Assembly: GCA_963737255.1 (NCBI GenBank)
Contig: CAVTSB010000001.1
Coordinates: 648,032 to 712,031 of the forward strand
From: an uncultured Bacteroidales bacterium
GTDB taxonomy: Bacteria; Bacteroidota; Bacteroidia; Bacteroidales; VadinHA17
Direction of reading: 5' to 3'
DNA length: 64,000 bases
The position numbers and the translations under genes are program-made. Under the pieces are notes generated by a model, which ran no database searches, was not told the DNA's origin, and saw only the letters and a list, made by a program, of their open reading frames with translations. Positions within the stretch are counted from its first letter, which is position 1; every line of letters begins with the position of its first letter. Below, piece after piece: positions 20,071-28,905 of the stretch.

Positions 20071-20541
20071 CTAAAAAACATACCTGACCGACAGGGCACT
20101 GTTTATTCCTCCCCAGCCGGTCGAGCCAATGAGGTTTAATGAGGGCAGCAGATCGAGTGAAAGATTAAGCGGGATCTCATCAAAGGTGTATTCCAGTCCT
20201 ATTATTCCGTCAATTCCCACCACAGGGCCGGTATATGCTATATCAAGCCTGGGATTGTATCCGGCGTTCCAGACTCCGACATGTGCCCCGACACCCCAGT
20301 ACCAGTTAAGGGCGGGATATTCGCCTGTCCAGTGCTCAAATTCATAAAGTCCGGTGACAAGAAATCCTCTCCAACGGCTTGCAAGGATGCCCTCGATGGC
20401 ATTTGTTTCGTTAAGGAAGTGTTTAACCGTTACTCCGGCCGGAATCCCTGCCCTTAGTCCGAGCGCTGTACGATAATCCTGTGCTTTTGTTGTAACCGCC
20501 ATCATCAGGGCGAAAATCAGAAACAAGTAAGTCTTTTTCAT
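20071..20541 (-). CDS. Small outer-membrane beta-barrel protein
   Basis: Signal peptide ending in AQ, alternating hydrophobic beta-strand pattern and C-terminal ..VRYVF. Confidence 0.6.
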   Translation of the reverse strand: MKKTYLFLIFALMMAVTTKAQDYRTALGLRAGIPAGVTVKHFLNETNAIEGILASRWRGFLVTGLYEFEHWTGEYPALNWYWGVGAHVGVWNAGYNPRLDIAYTGPVVGIDGIIGLEYTFDEIPLNLSLDLLPSLNLIGSTGWGGINSALSVRYVF

Positions 20542-20601
20542 TTTATTAATTTTTCAAAATTGGGTTTGTGTTAATATGTAATTCTACAACGGATCAACCC
20601 T

Positions 20602-21967
20602 TCATTTGTTACACAATAATTCTTCGGAAACTGACTTCAGATCACATCCGTCAAAATCGCCCGAGCTCATAAACAGGTAGACGGGAGATTGGAAATGGCG
20701 GTTTCTGATCTCTTCAAAAAGATCTCCCGAATTATCGTAAACCAACAGGTTTGTTCCTCCGAATGCTTCAGATACCGTCTCTTTTGATAGGGGCTGGAGC
20801 TTTTTGATCTCAAACTGTTGAGGGTTAAAATAGATAAATGCAAAAGTTGCAATGTCGGAGCGTGTCTTTATAATTTGGCAGGAAGTCAAAATTCAGGCTT
20901 GAATAAGTATGCAGTTCGAAGCAGGCTATCAGGTTCCGGCCGGGATATCTCGAAGCCACCGCTTCAATTGTTGCTTTTACCTTTGAAGGCGAATGGGCAA
21001 AATCGAGAAAAGCTGTTCCATTTTCATTTTCGACAAGTCGTTGCAGCCTCTTTGAAGTTCCGGCGAAGCTTTGAATGGAATTGTAAAAATCGTCCTCTGT
21101 AATTCCTGAAGCCAGGCAGGCTTCTTTTGCAGCGGAAAGATTCTGCATATTGTGTTCACCAAACACCAGTAAAGGCAGGGTCCTGTTATGAGTGGCCGCG
21201 AAAAAGCCCTTTTTATTCTGAAAATGGCCGTGTACCCTGTACGGTATCTTCCTGATGTTTCCGGATGCTTCATCCGCAATCTTTTTTACCTCTGTGTCGT
21301 CGGCGAAGTAGATCAGGGCGCCTCCGGGTGAAATTTTTCCCGCGAATATCCTGAACTGTTCAACATAATTTTCAAATGTAGGGAAAACATTCATATGATC
21401 CCATGCAATGCCGTTGAGTACAGCAATATCAGGCATATAGAGGTGAAACTTCGGACGTCTGTCGATTGCCGATGTAAGGTATTCGTCACCTTCAAGCACC
21501 GCAATCTGTGAATCGTCCGACAAGCCAACCATGGTATCATAACCGTCAATCTGCGAACCAACCATGAAATCAAACCTGATTCCCAGGGTTTTAAAAACAT
21601 GCATTATCATTGCAGTTGTGGTTGTTTTTCCATGACTTCCGGCTACAACAATGCGTGTTTTATTTTTTGTCTGATTATATATGAACTCAGGGAATGACAT
21701 TATTTTTAATCCCAGTGCTTCAGCTTTCTGCAGCTCAGGATTGTCAGCCCTGGCATGCATGCCCAGGATAACAATATCGATGTCGCCTGTTATTAATTCG
21801 GGAAACCACCCCGGCTTTTCAGGAAGGAGTCCATAATTAGCAAGTCCTGAACGCGATGGTTCAAATATCTCGTCATCCGATCCGCTAACGGAATATCCTT
21901 TCAGGTGGAGGGCAATTGCAAGATTGTGCATCACCGCTCCGCCAATGGCAATAAAGTGCAATCTCAT
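20602..21967 (-). pseudogene. mpl: UDP-N-acetylmuramate:L-Ala-gamma-D-Glu-meso-DAP ligase (Mpl), frameshifted near the C-terminus
   Basis: ORF 20825-21967 is Mur-ligase-like (GSHGKTTTT, ..ELHTYSSLNFDFLPNYKDTL). The expected continuation SDIATFAFIYFNPQQFEIKKL... is in the +1 frame (ORF 20602-20889). Confidence 0.7.
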
Positions 21968-21968
21968 C

Positions 21969-22832
21969 CTAGACGTCGCAGATCAGGATACATTTTTTAA
22001 GCGAAGCCAGTTTGTCCTTTTCGGCAGGCACAAATTCCTGTCCGACATATCCTTTAAAGCCTGATTTAACCACAGCTTTCATGATTGCCGGATAATAGAG
22101 TTCCTGGGTTTCATCAAGCTCATGCCTTCCGGGAACGCCTCCTGTGTGGATATGCCCGATATGACGGATATATTTCGTAATGTTATCAATCACATTGCCC
22201 TCCATGATCTGCATATGGTAAATGTCATACAGCAGTTTAAACCTTTCCGATCCGACCATTTCACACAGTGCAGCCCCCCAGGAAGTCTTGTCACATTGAT
22301 AGTCCTTGTGGCCATAGCTGTTCAGCAATTCCATAATAATGGTAACACCGTGCTTTTCGGCTGAGGGCATAAGCTTGCGAAGCCCCGTCGCGCAGTTAAT
22401 AAGTCCTTCATTATCGTTTAAGCCTTCCCTGTTACCTGAGAAACAGATAAGATTGGGAACCCCTGCCGCGGCAGCTTTCGGGATCATTGCTTCAAAATCG
22501 GCAATAAGTTTTTCATGGTTGGCTATCCTGTTGAATCCTTTCGGAATTCCCCAGTCGGTAGCATATCCGACAGCGCATTTAAGTCCTGCGGCCGAAACCG
22601 TTGCCCAGTCCTTTTCATTTAAGAGCTCGATCGATTCAATCCCCATTTCCCTGCAGGCCATAGCAAAATCGGTGAGAGGTATATCACCATAGCACCACTG
22701 GCTCACTGAGTGATGAATATTACCTTTCAGGGGAGGCACGGCTCCATCGATCCCCTCCAGGACACTGAATGGTTTACCTGCAGTTACAACGGCAGCACCT
22801 GCCATGGTACCAATCATATTTCTTCTTGTCAT
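21969..22832 (-). CDS. Tat-signal xylose-isomerase-like TIM-barrel protein (sugar phosphate isomerase/epimerase family)
   Basis: The N-terminus MTRRNMIGTMAGAAVV is twin-arginine-like. The body is typical of the AP-endonuclease-2 / hydroxypyruvate-isomerase-like barrel. Confidence 0.7.
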   Translation of the reverse strand: MTRRNMIGTMAGAAVVTAGKPFSVLEGIDGAVPPLKGNIHHSVSQWCYGDIPLTDFAMACREMGIESIELLNEKDWATVSAAGLKCAVGYATDWGIPKGFNRIANHEKLIADFEAMIPKAAAAGVPNLICFSGNREGLNDNEGLINCATGLRKLMPSAEKHGVTIIMELLNSYGHKDYQCDKTSWGAALCEMVGSERFKLLYDIYHMQIMEGNVIDNITKYIRHIGHIHTGGVPGRHELDETQELYYPAIMKAVVKSGFKGYVGQEFVPAEKDKLASLKKCILICDV

Positions 22833-22932
22833 GGTAAATAAGTTTTATGGAGCTAAAGTAGGAATTTTAAGCCAATCGGCCAATGGCGGGAAAACAGAAA
22901 GATGATAATTGGCACCTTGCGGGTAAAAGTTT

Positions 22933-22940
22933 TATATTTG
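22933..22940 (+). promoter_or_regulatory. -7 box TATATTTG upstream of the PLD-family gene
   Basis: Exact TAnnTTTG match 31 nt upstream of the ATG at 22971. Confidence 0.4.
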
Positions 22941-22970
22941 TGAGAGGCAAATCAGACAGGGGAAGATTTA

Positions 22971-24158
22971 ATGAAAATTCCTTCAGTACCTGAATATAAA
23001 AATGGTCACTCAATTGAGCTTCTGCGAAGCGGTGAAACTTTTTTCACGGCAAACATAAGAGAAATTGACAAAGCCAGGCATTTTATTCATTTTCAGTCGT
23101 ATATTATCGATGAGGATGAAACAGGCATGCGTATTATTGACGCTCTAGTAAAGGCAGCCGGCAGAGGCGTCAGGACGTACCTGCTGGTTGATGCATTCGG
23201 GACCAAGTATCTTTCAGGTGAGCTCCTTAAAAAAATCGATGATTCCGGTATCCTTTTCAGGTTTTTCTCCCCGGCATTTATTACGGAGGGATTTCACCTG
23301 AGCCTGAGGCTTCATCACAAAGTCCTGCTGGTTGATGGGGAAGTGGCAATAGTAGGCGGGATGAACTTTGCCGACCGCTACCATGGTACAAGTAAGAAGA
23401 AGGAATGGCTCGATTTTGCACTTTTGATAAAGGGACCTGAATGTGCCCGGATAAACAATATCCTCCGGAAACACTGGAATAAAACCTTCCTTGCCAAAAG
23501 TGAACGCGCGCAGGAGTCTGTTCACAACGTTAAAATATATAAGGAGAATATTAAGCTCAGGATACTTGAGAACAACTGGTACCGGAATAAGATCGAGATC
23601 CTGAGGAGTTACCGCACCGCCTTTAAGTTTGCACAGGACAGGATGATAATCTTCGCAAGCTACTTTCTGCCGGGCAGGAATGAACGCAGGCTCCTGAAAA
23701 TGGCCGGGAAACGGGGGGTTGATATTACAATCGTACTTGCCGCGGATTCTGATGCCCCGATATTTAAAAGAGCTACCGGATTCCTCTATGATTTCATTCT
23801 GCGAAGCAACATTAAGATCTATGAATACCTGCCATCAAACCTGCATGCCAAGGTAGCGACGATTGATGGTAAGTGGGTAACGATCGGCAGCTATAACCTG
23901 AATCACATAAGCGATTACGGGAGCATAGAGATGAATGTAAATGTTCTTGACGCCTCCTTTACCAGGGAGTTTGAAAACCTGCTCCTCAGGATCATCAGGG
24001 ATGATTGCCGGCAGGTTACTATTGAGGATTACCTGAGGAGGAGAACCATGATCTCCCGTTTTACCGGCTGGCTCTCCTATCAGATGATCAGGATCCTTAT
24101 GCGGTGGATGGCTCAGATGACGTCAAAGAAGAAGCAAAAGACTTCTTTTCAGAACTGA
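22971..24158 (+). CDS. Phospholipase D / cardiolipin synthase family protein
   Basis: Two HKD motifs: HHKVLLVDGEVAIVGGMN and HAKVATIDGKWVTIGSYNLN. Confidence 0.85.
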   Translation: MKIPSVPEYKNGHSIELLRSGETFFTANIREIDKARHFIHFQSYIIDEDETGMRIIDALVKAAGRGVRTYLLVDAFGTKYLSGELLKKIDDSGILFRFFSPAFITEGFHLSLRLHHKVLLVDGEVAIVGGMNFADRYHGTSKKKEWLDFALLIKGPECARINNILRKHWNKTFLAKSERAQESVHNVKIYKENIKLRILENNWYRNKIEILRSYRTAFKFAQDRMIIFASYFLPGRNERRLLKMAGKRGVDITIVLAADSDAPIFKRATGFLYDFILRSNIKIYEYLPSNLHAKVATIDGKWVTIGSYNLNHISDYGSIEMNVNVLDASFTREFENLLLRIIRDDCRQVTIEDYLRRRTMISRFTGWLSYQMIRILMRWMAQMTSKKKQKTSFQN

Positions 24159-25012
24159 TGGAACGACATCGATATGAATTCCAGCACTGTCGGCAGGGCG
24201 GTTCTCCAGTATGTCCAGGTGTGCCCGCCGTCGCGGATCCTGAATTCATGAGGGATCTCCTTCTTACGCATTGCTATGTGGGCCAATGAATTGCCTTCAA
24301 ACAGAAAATCATCATCACCGCAATCGATATACCACCTGACAGCTTTTTTCTGATCATCAGGAATATTCTCAATCAGGCTTAGCACGCTGTATTTTTTAAA
24401 ATATGCTTCCTTGTCGTTATCGGTTATTCCTTCCACTCCCTGCCACAGCCTGTAGTTTTTGAGCTCCGCGATGTTTCTGGGTCCGGTGGCTGCACTAAGG
24501 GGGCATGCAGATGAAAATAACTCCGGGTGATGGAGTGCATAAACGAAGGTGCCTTCGCCGCCCATCGACAATCCGGCTATTGCGCGGTATCTTTTATCAC
24601 TCCTGATCCTGTAGTTTTTCTCAACATACGGTATGAACTCATCGAAAAAGAAATCCTCATATCTCCATTCCCCTTTAACATCATTTACATAACCTCTTTT
24701 CCCGGTATTTGCATCGGGCATCACAACGATCATCGGGGTAGCCTTACCGGCGTTTATTGCATTATCGGCAATGTTAAGGATCTCGCCGAACTGCACCCAT
24801 CCGGTCTGGTCATCACCTGCACCGTGAAGCAGGTAAAGCACAGGGTAGCTGCGCTGGGATGTTTCATAATCGGGAGGAAGGTAGATTGCATACTTTCTGT
24901 CCATTTTAAGGATCTTACTGGTCACCAAAAGGTTGTCCATTACCTTCCCGGTCTGGCCGGAAATGGCGGATACCATCATCAAAAGGATGACGGCGAAGGT
25001 TACTTTTTTCAT
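24149..25012 (-). CDS. Secreted esterase (esterase D / CE1-like alpha/beta hydrolase)
   Basis: Signal peptide, YLLHG motif and nucleophile elbow GLSMGG. Confidence 0.75.
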   Translation of the reverse strand: MKKVTFAVILLMMVSAISGQTGKVMDNLLVTSKILKMDRKYAIYLPPDYETSQRSYPVLYLLHGAGDDQTGWVQFGEILNIADNAINAGKATPMIVVMPDANTGKRGYVNDVKGEWRYEDFFFDEFIPYVEKNYRIRSDKRYRAIAGLSMGGEGTFVYALHHPELFSSACPLSAATGPRNIAELKNYRLWQGVEGITDNDKEAYFKKYSVLSLIENIPDDQKKAVRWYIDCGDDDFLFEGNSLAHIAMRKKEIPHEFRIRDGGHTWTYWRTALPTVLEFISMSFHQF

Positions 25013-25215
25013 AGGATAGGTTATTTTTTGAACTGTTAAACTAAGCGATCGAAATATATCAAAAAAAACCGTTTTCCGTACTCGCGGTCAAAAATGAATT
25101 TTTAGTAAGCTCCGGGAAAGAGCGAGACTGGGGAAAAACAAGTTTGCTAATCTGTTTGTTATGAAATAGAAGGAACAATAGATTTTCTTATTATTGTAAA
25201 GTAAAAACAAACACT

Positions 25216-26073
25216 ATGAAGATCAATCTCTTCAACATAGCCTGCTTCAGGGTCGACGGGGGTGCCATGTTTGGTGTAGTTCCGAAAGCGCTTTGGTCGC
25301 GTGTTTACCCCTCTGACGAGAACAACCTGATTGTACTTTCCCTCCGCTCACTGGTTGTCGAAACCGAAGGTCATGTTATACTTGTCGATACCGGCTGGGG
25401 CGACAAGCAGGATGAGAAATTCTTCCGTCATGTCTACCTTCACGGAGGAGAAGGACTGACAGACGGTCTTAAAAACCTGGGTTACAAACCTGAAGATATA
25501 ACCGATGTGTTCCTCACGCATCTTCATGCCGATCATTGCGGGGGAGGAGTAATGCGAGACAAAACCGGAGGGTATGCCCTTACCTTTCCAAATGCAACCT
25601 ATCATGTAAGCCGTGCACAATGGGAGTGGGCCGTGAAAAATAATCCCAGGGAGGAAGATGCATTCCTGGAGGAGAATATTATTCCGATCTCTGACAGCGG
25701 AAAACTGAAGCTTGTGGATCAGGAAGGTGAACTGTTCAAAGGATTTTCAGTAAGGATCTGCAACGGGCATACTCCGGGACTGATGATCCCTGATATCGAC
25801 TATGAAGGAAGGAGGCTCATTTACACAGGCGACCTTATTCCGACGGTAGCACATATCCCCCTGATCTGGAATATGAGCTACGATATTGAATCGCTTAAGA
25901 CGATCGAAGAGAAGAGCAGGCTTTTGGATGAAGCTCTGAAAAACAATTATATTCTTGTCTTTCAGCATGATGAAAAAATCGAATGTTGCAATCTTGAAAT
26001 GACTCCAAAGGGGATAAGGGCTAAAGACAAATTCAGCTTCCCTGAAATAAGCTATATAGTAAAACCAAACTAA
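25216..26073 (+). CDS. MBL-fold metallo-hydrolase
   Basis: HLHADHCGG metal-binding motif. Confidence 0.8.
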   Translation: MKINLFNIACFRVDGGAMFGVVPKALWSRVYPSDENNLIVLSLRSLVVETEGHVILVDTGWGDKQDEKFFRHVYLHGGEGLTDGLKNLGYKPEDITDVFLTHLHADHCGGGVMRDKTGGYALTFPNATYHVSRAQWEWAVKNNPREEDAFLEENIIPISDSGKLKLVDQEGELFKGFSVRICNGHTPGLMIPDIDYEGRRLIYTGDLIPTVAHIPLIWNMSYDIESLKTIEEKSRLLDEALKNNYILVFQHDEKIECCNLEMTPKGIRAKDKFSFPEISYIVKPN

Positions 26074-26137
26074 ATAATTCATAAGCATTAAATTGACCGG
26101 GTATGATTTATATAATAATTATCCGCCCTTTTATTCT

Positions 26138-26145
26138 TATATTTG
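26138..26145 (+). promoter_or_regulatory. -7 box TATATTTG upstream of the fumarase gene
   Basis: Exact TAnnTTTG match about 15 nt before the first possible start. Confidence 0.4.
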
Positions 26146-26159
26146 ATTAAGACTTCCCA

Positions 26160-27812
26160 TTGAACGTTAAAGATCTAATTTCTAATGAAATAACATCAGC
26201 CATGGCAGACTTCATCTATGAAAAACCTTTCCAGATTGAAAAGGATTCAACTAGGTACTCATTTCTGACGAAAGAGCATATTAAAACAGTTGAATATGAC
26301 GGCAGGAAAATACTGAAAGTTGATCCCAGGGGACTGGTGATGCTGGCAAAGAAAGCAGTTTCAGACCTGTCTTTTTTTCTGAGGACCTCTCATCTCGAAA
26401 AGCTGCGAAAGATTATTGATGATCCTGAGGCAACTGATAATGACAGGTTTGTCGCCTGGCTGATGCTGCAGAACACGGTCATTTCTTCGGAGGAAATTCT
26501 TCCATGGTGCCAGGATACAGGCACGGCAATAGTTATCGGAAAGAAAGGTGAAAATGTATTTACCGGGGTCAATGATGCTGAACATCTGTCGAGAGGTATT
26601 TTTGAGACTTACAGGGAAAAGAACCTGAGATATTCGCAGGTTGTGCCATTCAGCATGTTCAACGAAAAAAACAGCGGTACCAATCTCCCGGCGCAGATCG
26701 ATATCTACTCTGTACAGGGTAATACTTATGAGTTCCTTTTCATAACGAAGGGGGGCGGTTCAGCAAACAAGACATTCCTCTATCAGCAAAGCAAATCGCT
26801 TCTAAACGAAGAATCGCTGACAAGATTTGTGAAGGAAAAGTTAAAAGAGCTGGGAACTTCGGCATGCCCGCCTTATCATCTTGCACTTGTAATCGGAGGA
26901 ACATCGGCTGAAGCCACTTTAAAGGCAGTCAAGGAAGCATCGGCCGGTTACTATGATCATTTACCGGTTACGGGCAACGCCAGCGGACGGGCATTCAGGG
27001 ACACCGGTTGGGAGGAGAGAATTGAAAAGATCTGCCATGAGTACGGAGTAGGCGCCCAGTTCGGAGGCAAGTACTTTGTGCATGATGTCAGGGTTATACG
27101 TATGCCCCGCCATGCAGCCTCGTGTCCTGTGGGACTTGGAGTAAGCTGCAGTGCCGACAGGAACATAAAGGCAAGGATCGATGAGAACGGGATATTCCTC
27201 GAAGAGCTTGAAAAGGATCCGGCCAGGTTTATGCCGGAAAAGGCACCTGAACTGGAAAAACCTGTCGAGATCAATCTTGACCGGCCAATGAAGGAAGTGC
27301 TTTCGGAGTTAACAAAATATAAGGTAAAGACAAGGTTAAGTCTTACAGGTACCCTGGTAGTTGCCCGTGATATCGCCCATGCGGAGATAAAGAAAATGTT
27401 AGACGATGGCAAGCCAATGCCCGACTATTTCAGGAACCATCCGGTTTATTACGCCGGTCCGGCAAAGACTCCGGCGGGAATGGCTTCAGGCAGCTTCGGG
27501 CCGACAACCGCTGGCAGGATGGATTCGTATGTTGACCTTTTCCAGCGTTACGGCGGATCGCTCATTATGCTCGCCAAAGGTAACCGTTCCCGTCAGGTTA
27601 TTGATTCATGTAAAAAATATGGAGGCTTCTATCTTGGTTCTATAGGTGGTCCCGCTGCCATACTTGCCGCAGAAAACATAAAATCGGTCGAGGTTATTGA
27701 TTTTGAAGATCTGGGCATGGAGGCAGTGAGGAGGATCAGGGTTGAGAATATGCCTGCCTTCATCATAACCGACGACAAGGGAAATGATTTTTTTGATGAG
27801 TATAATAAATGA
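26160..27812 (+). CDS. Class I (Fe-S) fumarate hydratase, single polypeptide
   Basis: About 550 aa with both the N-terminal catalytic and C-terminal beta domains ([24 protein letters not shown]). The start is uncertain: TTG at 26160 or ATG near 26202. Confidence 0.85.
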   Translation: MNVKDLISNEITSAMADFIYEKPFQIEKDSTRYSFLTKEHIKTVEYDGRKILKVDPRGLVMLAKKAVSDLSFFLRTSHLEKLRKIIDDPEATDNDRFVAWLMLQNTVISSEEILPWCQDTGTAIVIGKKGENVFTGVNDAEHLSRGIFETYREKNLRYSQVVPFSMFNEKNSGTNLPAQIDIYSVQGNTYEFLFITKGGGSANKTFLYQQSKSLLNEESLTRFVKEKLKELGTSACPPYHLALVIGGTSAEATLKAVKEASAGYYDHLPVTGNASGRAFRDTGWEERIEKICHEYGVGAQFGGKYFVHDVRVIRMPRHAASCPVGLGVSCSADRNIKARIDENGIFLEELEKDPARFMPEKAPELEKPVEINLDRPMKEVLSELTKYKVKTRLSLTGTLVVARDIAHAEIKKMLDDGKPMPDYFRNHPVYYAGPAKTPAGMASGSFGPTTAGRMDSYVDLFQRYGGSLIMLAKGNRSRQVIDSCKKYGGFYLGSIGGPAAILAAENIKSVEVIDFEDLGMEAVRRIRVENMPAFIITDDKGNDFFDEYNK

Positions 27813-27832
27813 ATAATAAGAGACCTCACCAC

Positions 27833-28068
27833 AACCACTAAGGAGAAAGCACCTCACCCCAACCCCTCAGGAGAAAGCACCTCACCCCAACCCCTCAGGA
27901 GAAAGCACCTCACCCCAACCAATAAGGTGAAAGCACCGCACCCCAACCAATAAGGAGAAAGCACCTCACCCCAACCAATAAGGAGAAAGCACCTCACCCC
28001 AACCAATAAGGTGAAAGCACCTCACCCCAACCAATAAGGTGAAAGCACCTCACCCCAAGGGATTGTTG
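27833..28068. repeat. Tandem array, 8 full plus 1 partial copies of a 28-bp unit
   Basis: Units start at 27833, 27861, 27889, 27917, 27945, 27973, 28001, 28029 and 28057. The consensus is ACCTCACCCCAACCAATAAGG(A/T)GAAAGC; two copies carry CCCCTCAGG. There are no spacers. Confidence 0.95.
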
Positions 28069-28075
28069 AATAAGT

Positions 28076-28214
28076 CCTTTTTAACCGCAAAGAACGCAAA
28101 GATGTCGCAAAGAACGCAAAGCTAAGACACATAAATTCAGCTCTTTGCGAACTTTGCGTCTTTCCTTTGCGCCCTCTGCGGTTAAAGGATTTTGACTTAT
28201 TCAACAGCCCCCTC
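28076..28214. repeat. 139-bp imperfect palindrome with 4x CGCAAAG / 4x CTTTGCG arms
   Basis: TTGAATAAGTC...AACCGCAAAGAACGCAAAG... mirrors ...CTTTGCGCCCTCTGCGGTTAAAGG...GACTTATTCAA. Confidence 0.9.
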
Positions 28215-28253
28215 TAAAACTAAGTTGTTAATATGAGATAATAAATACAAAAA

Positions 28254-28682
28254 ATGGTTTATCTGGGAAGAGCAAAAGTCAAGGATATGTTCATTGATGC
28301 TAAGCCTGAATTATTCAAACTTGCACGAGGCTACAGAAAGGATCCGACAGAAGCTGAAAAAGTCCTGTGGGAACATTTACGATTATTTCGCAAAGATGGA
28401 TTTGTATTTCGAAGGCAACATCCAGTCGTCTTTTTTGTCGCTGATTTTTATTGCCACAGTATCAAACTGGTTGTTGAGGTGGATGGGGGAATTCACACCA
28501 ACCCCCGGGTACAGGAGTATGACGAAAACAGATCCGGTGAACTGGATAGGTATGGGATCACTGTCATGAGGCTTAAAAATGAAGAAATCATAAATAATTT
28601 AGAGCAAGTTCTGTCACGAATTCGATTGTATATTAGTGAGTTATCCTCCCCCTCCCACGGGGAGGGGGATAAGAGGGGGTGA
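28254..28682 (+). CDS. DUF559 (Vsr-like / PD-(D/E)xK fold) endonuclease-domain protein
   Basis: AEKVLWEHLR...FRRQHPV..FVADFYCHSIKLVVEVDGGIH...D..R...L...G..V.R is the characteristic DUF559 core. The 3' end and stop codon lie inside the downstream repeat. Confidence 0.8.
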   Translation: MVYLGRAKVKDMFIDAKPELFKLARGYRKDPTEAEKVLWEHLRLFRKDGFVFRRQHPVVFFVADFYCHSIKLVVEVDGGIHTNPRVQEYDENRSGELDRYGITVMRLKNEEIINNLEQVLSRIRLYISELSSPSHGEGDKRG

Positions 28683-28765
28683 GGTCCTTCCTTTCCAGGA
28701 GGGGGATAAGAGGGGGTGAGGTTCTTTGCCCTCGGGGGAGGGGGATAAGAGGGGGTGAGGTGCTT
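28647..28765. repeat. 10-bp-stem triloop hairpin plus 3 copies of GGAGGGGGATAAGAGGGGGTGAGGT
   Basis: Hairpin TCCCCCTCCC-ACG-GGGAGGGGGA (28647-28669). Repeat copies start at 28661, 28698 and 28737. Confidence 0.9.
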
Positions 28766-28905
28766 CGCAGGGTATCGGTCAGGGTTAACGGTCTTCCCAT
28801 AAAGCGGGGTGGGAAAGGGTGAGGCAGGTGTCCGTTAAATTTTTTTAATACTGTTCTGCATTTGCAATGTTTTTTCTATCTTGACGCAAATTTTTGTCCT
28901 GAAAA

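Noticed and set aside
22910-22920. TGGCAC...TTGC upstream of the PLD-family gene as a sigma-54 promoter.
   Set aside because: The GG-to-GC spacing is only 6 nt, whereas the consensus needs 10. A normal TATATTTG -7 box follows at 22933-22940.
27833-28068. Possible CRISPR array, given regularly spaced 28-bp repeats.
   Set aside because: The units are directly contiguous with no spacers at all, no cas genes are in the window, and the unit lacks a typical CRISPR repeat structure. It is a plain tandem repeat.
28022-28204. A 60-aa ORF (NRRGRKGKTQSSQRAEF..FAFFATSLRSLRLK) as a real small protein.
   Set aside because: It is the translation of the palindromic CGCAAAG repeat element plus part of the 28-bp array. 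Its composition simply mirrors the repeat, and there is no promoter or start context.
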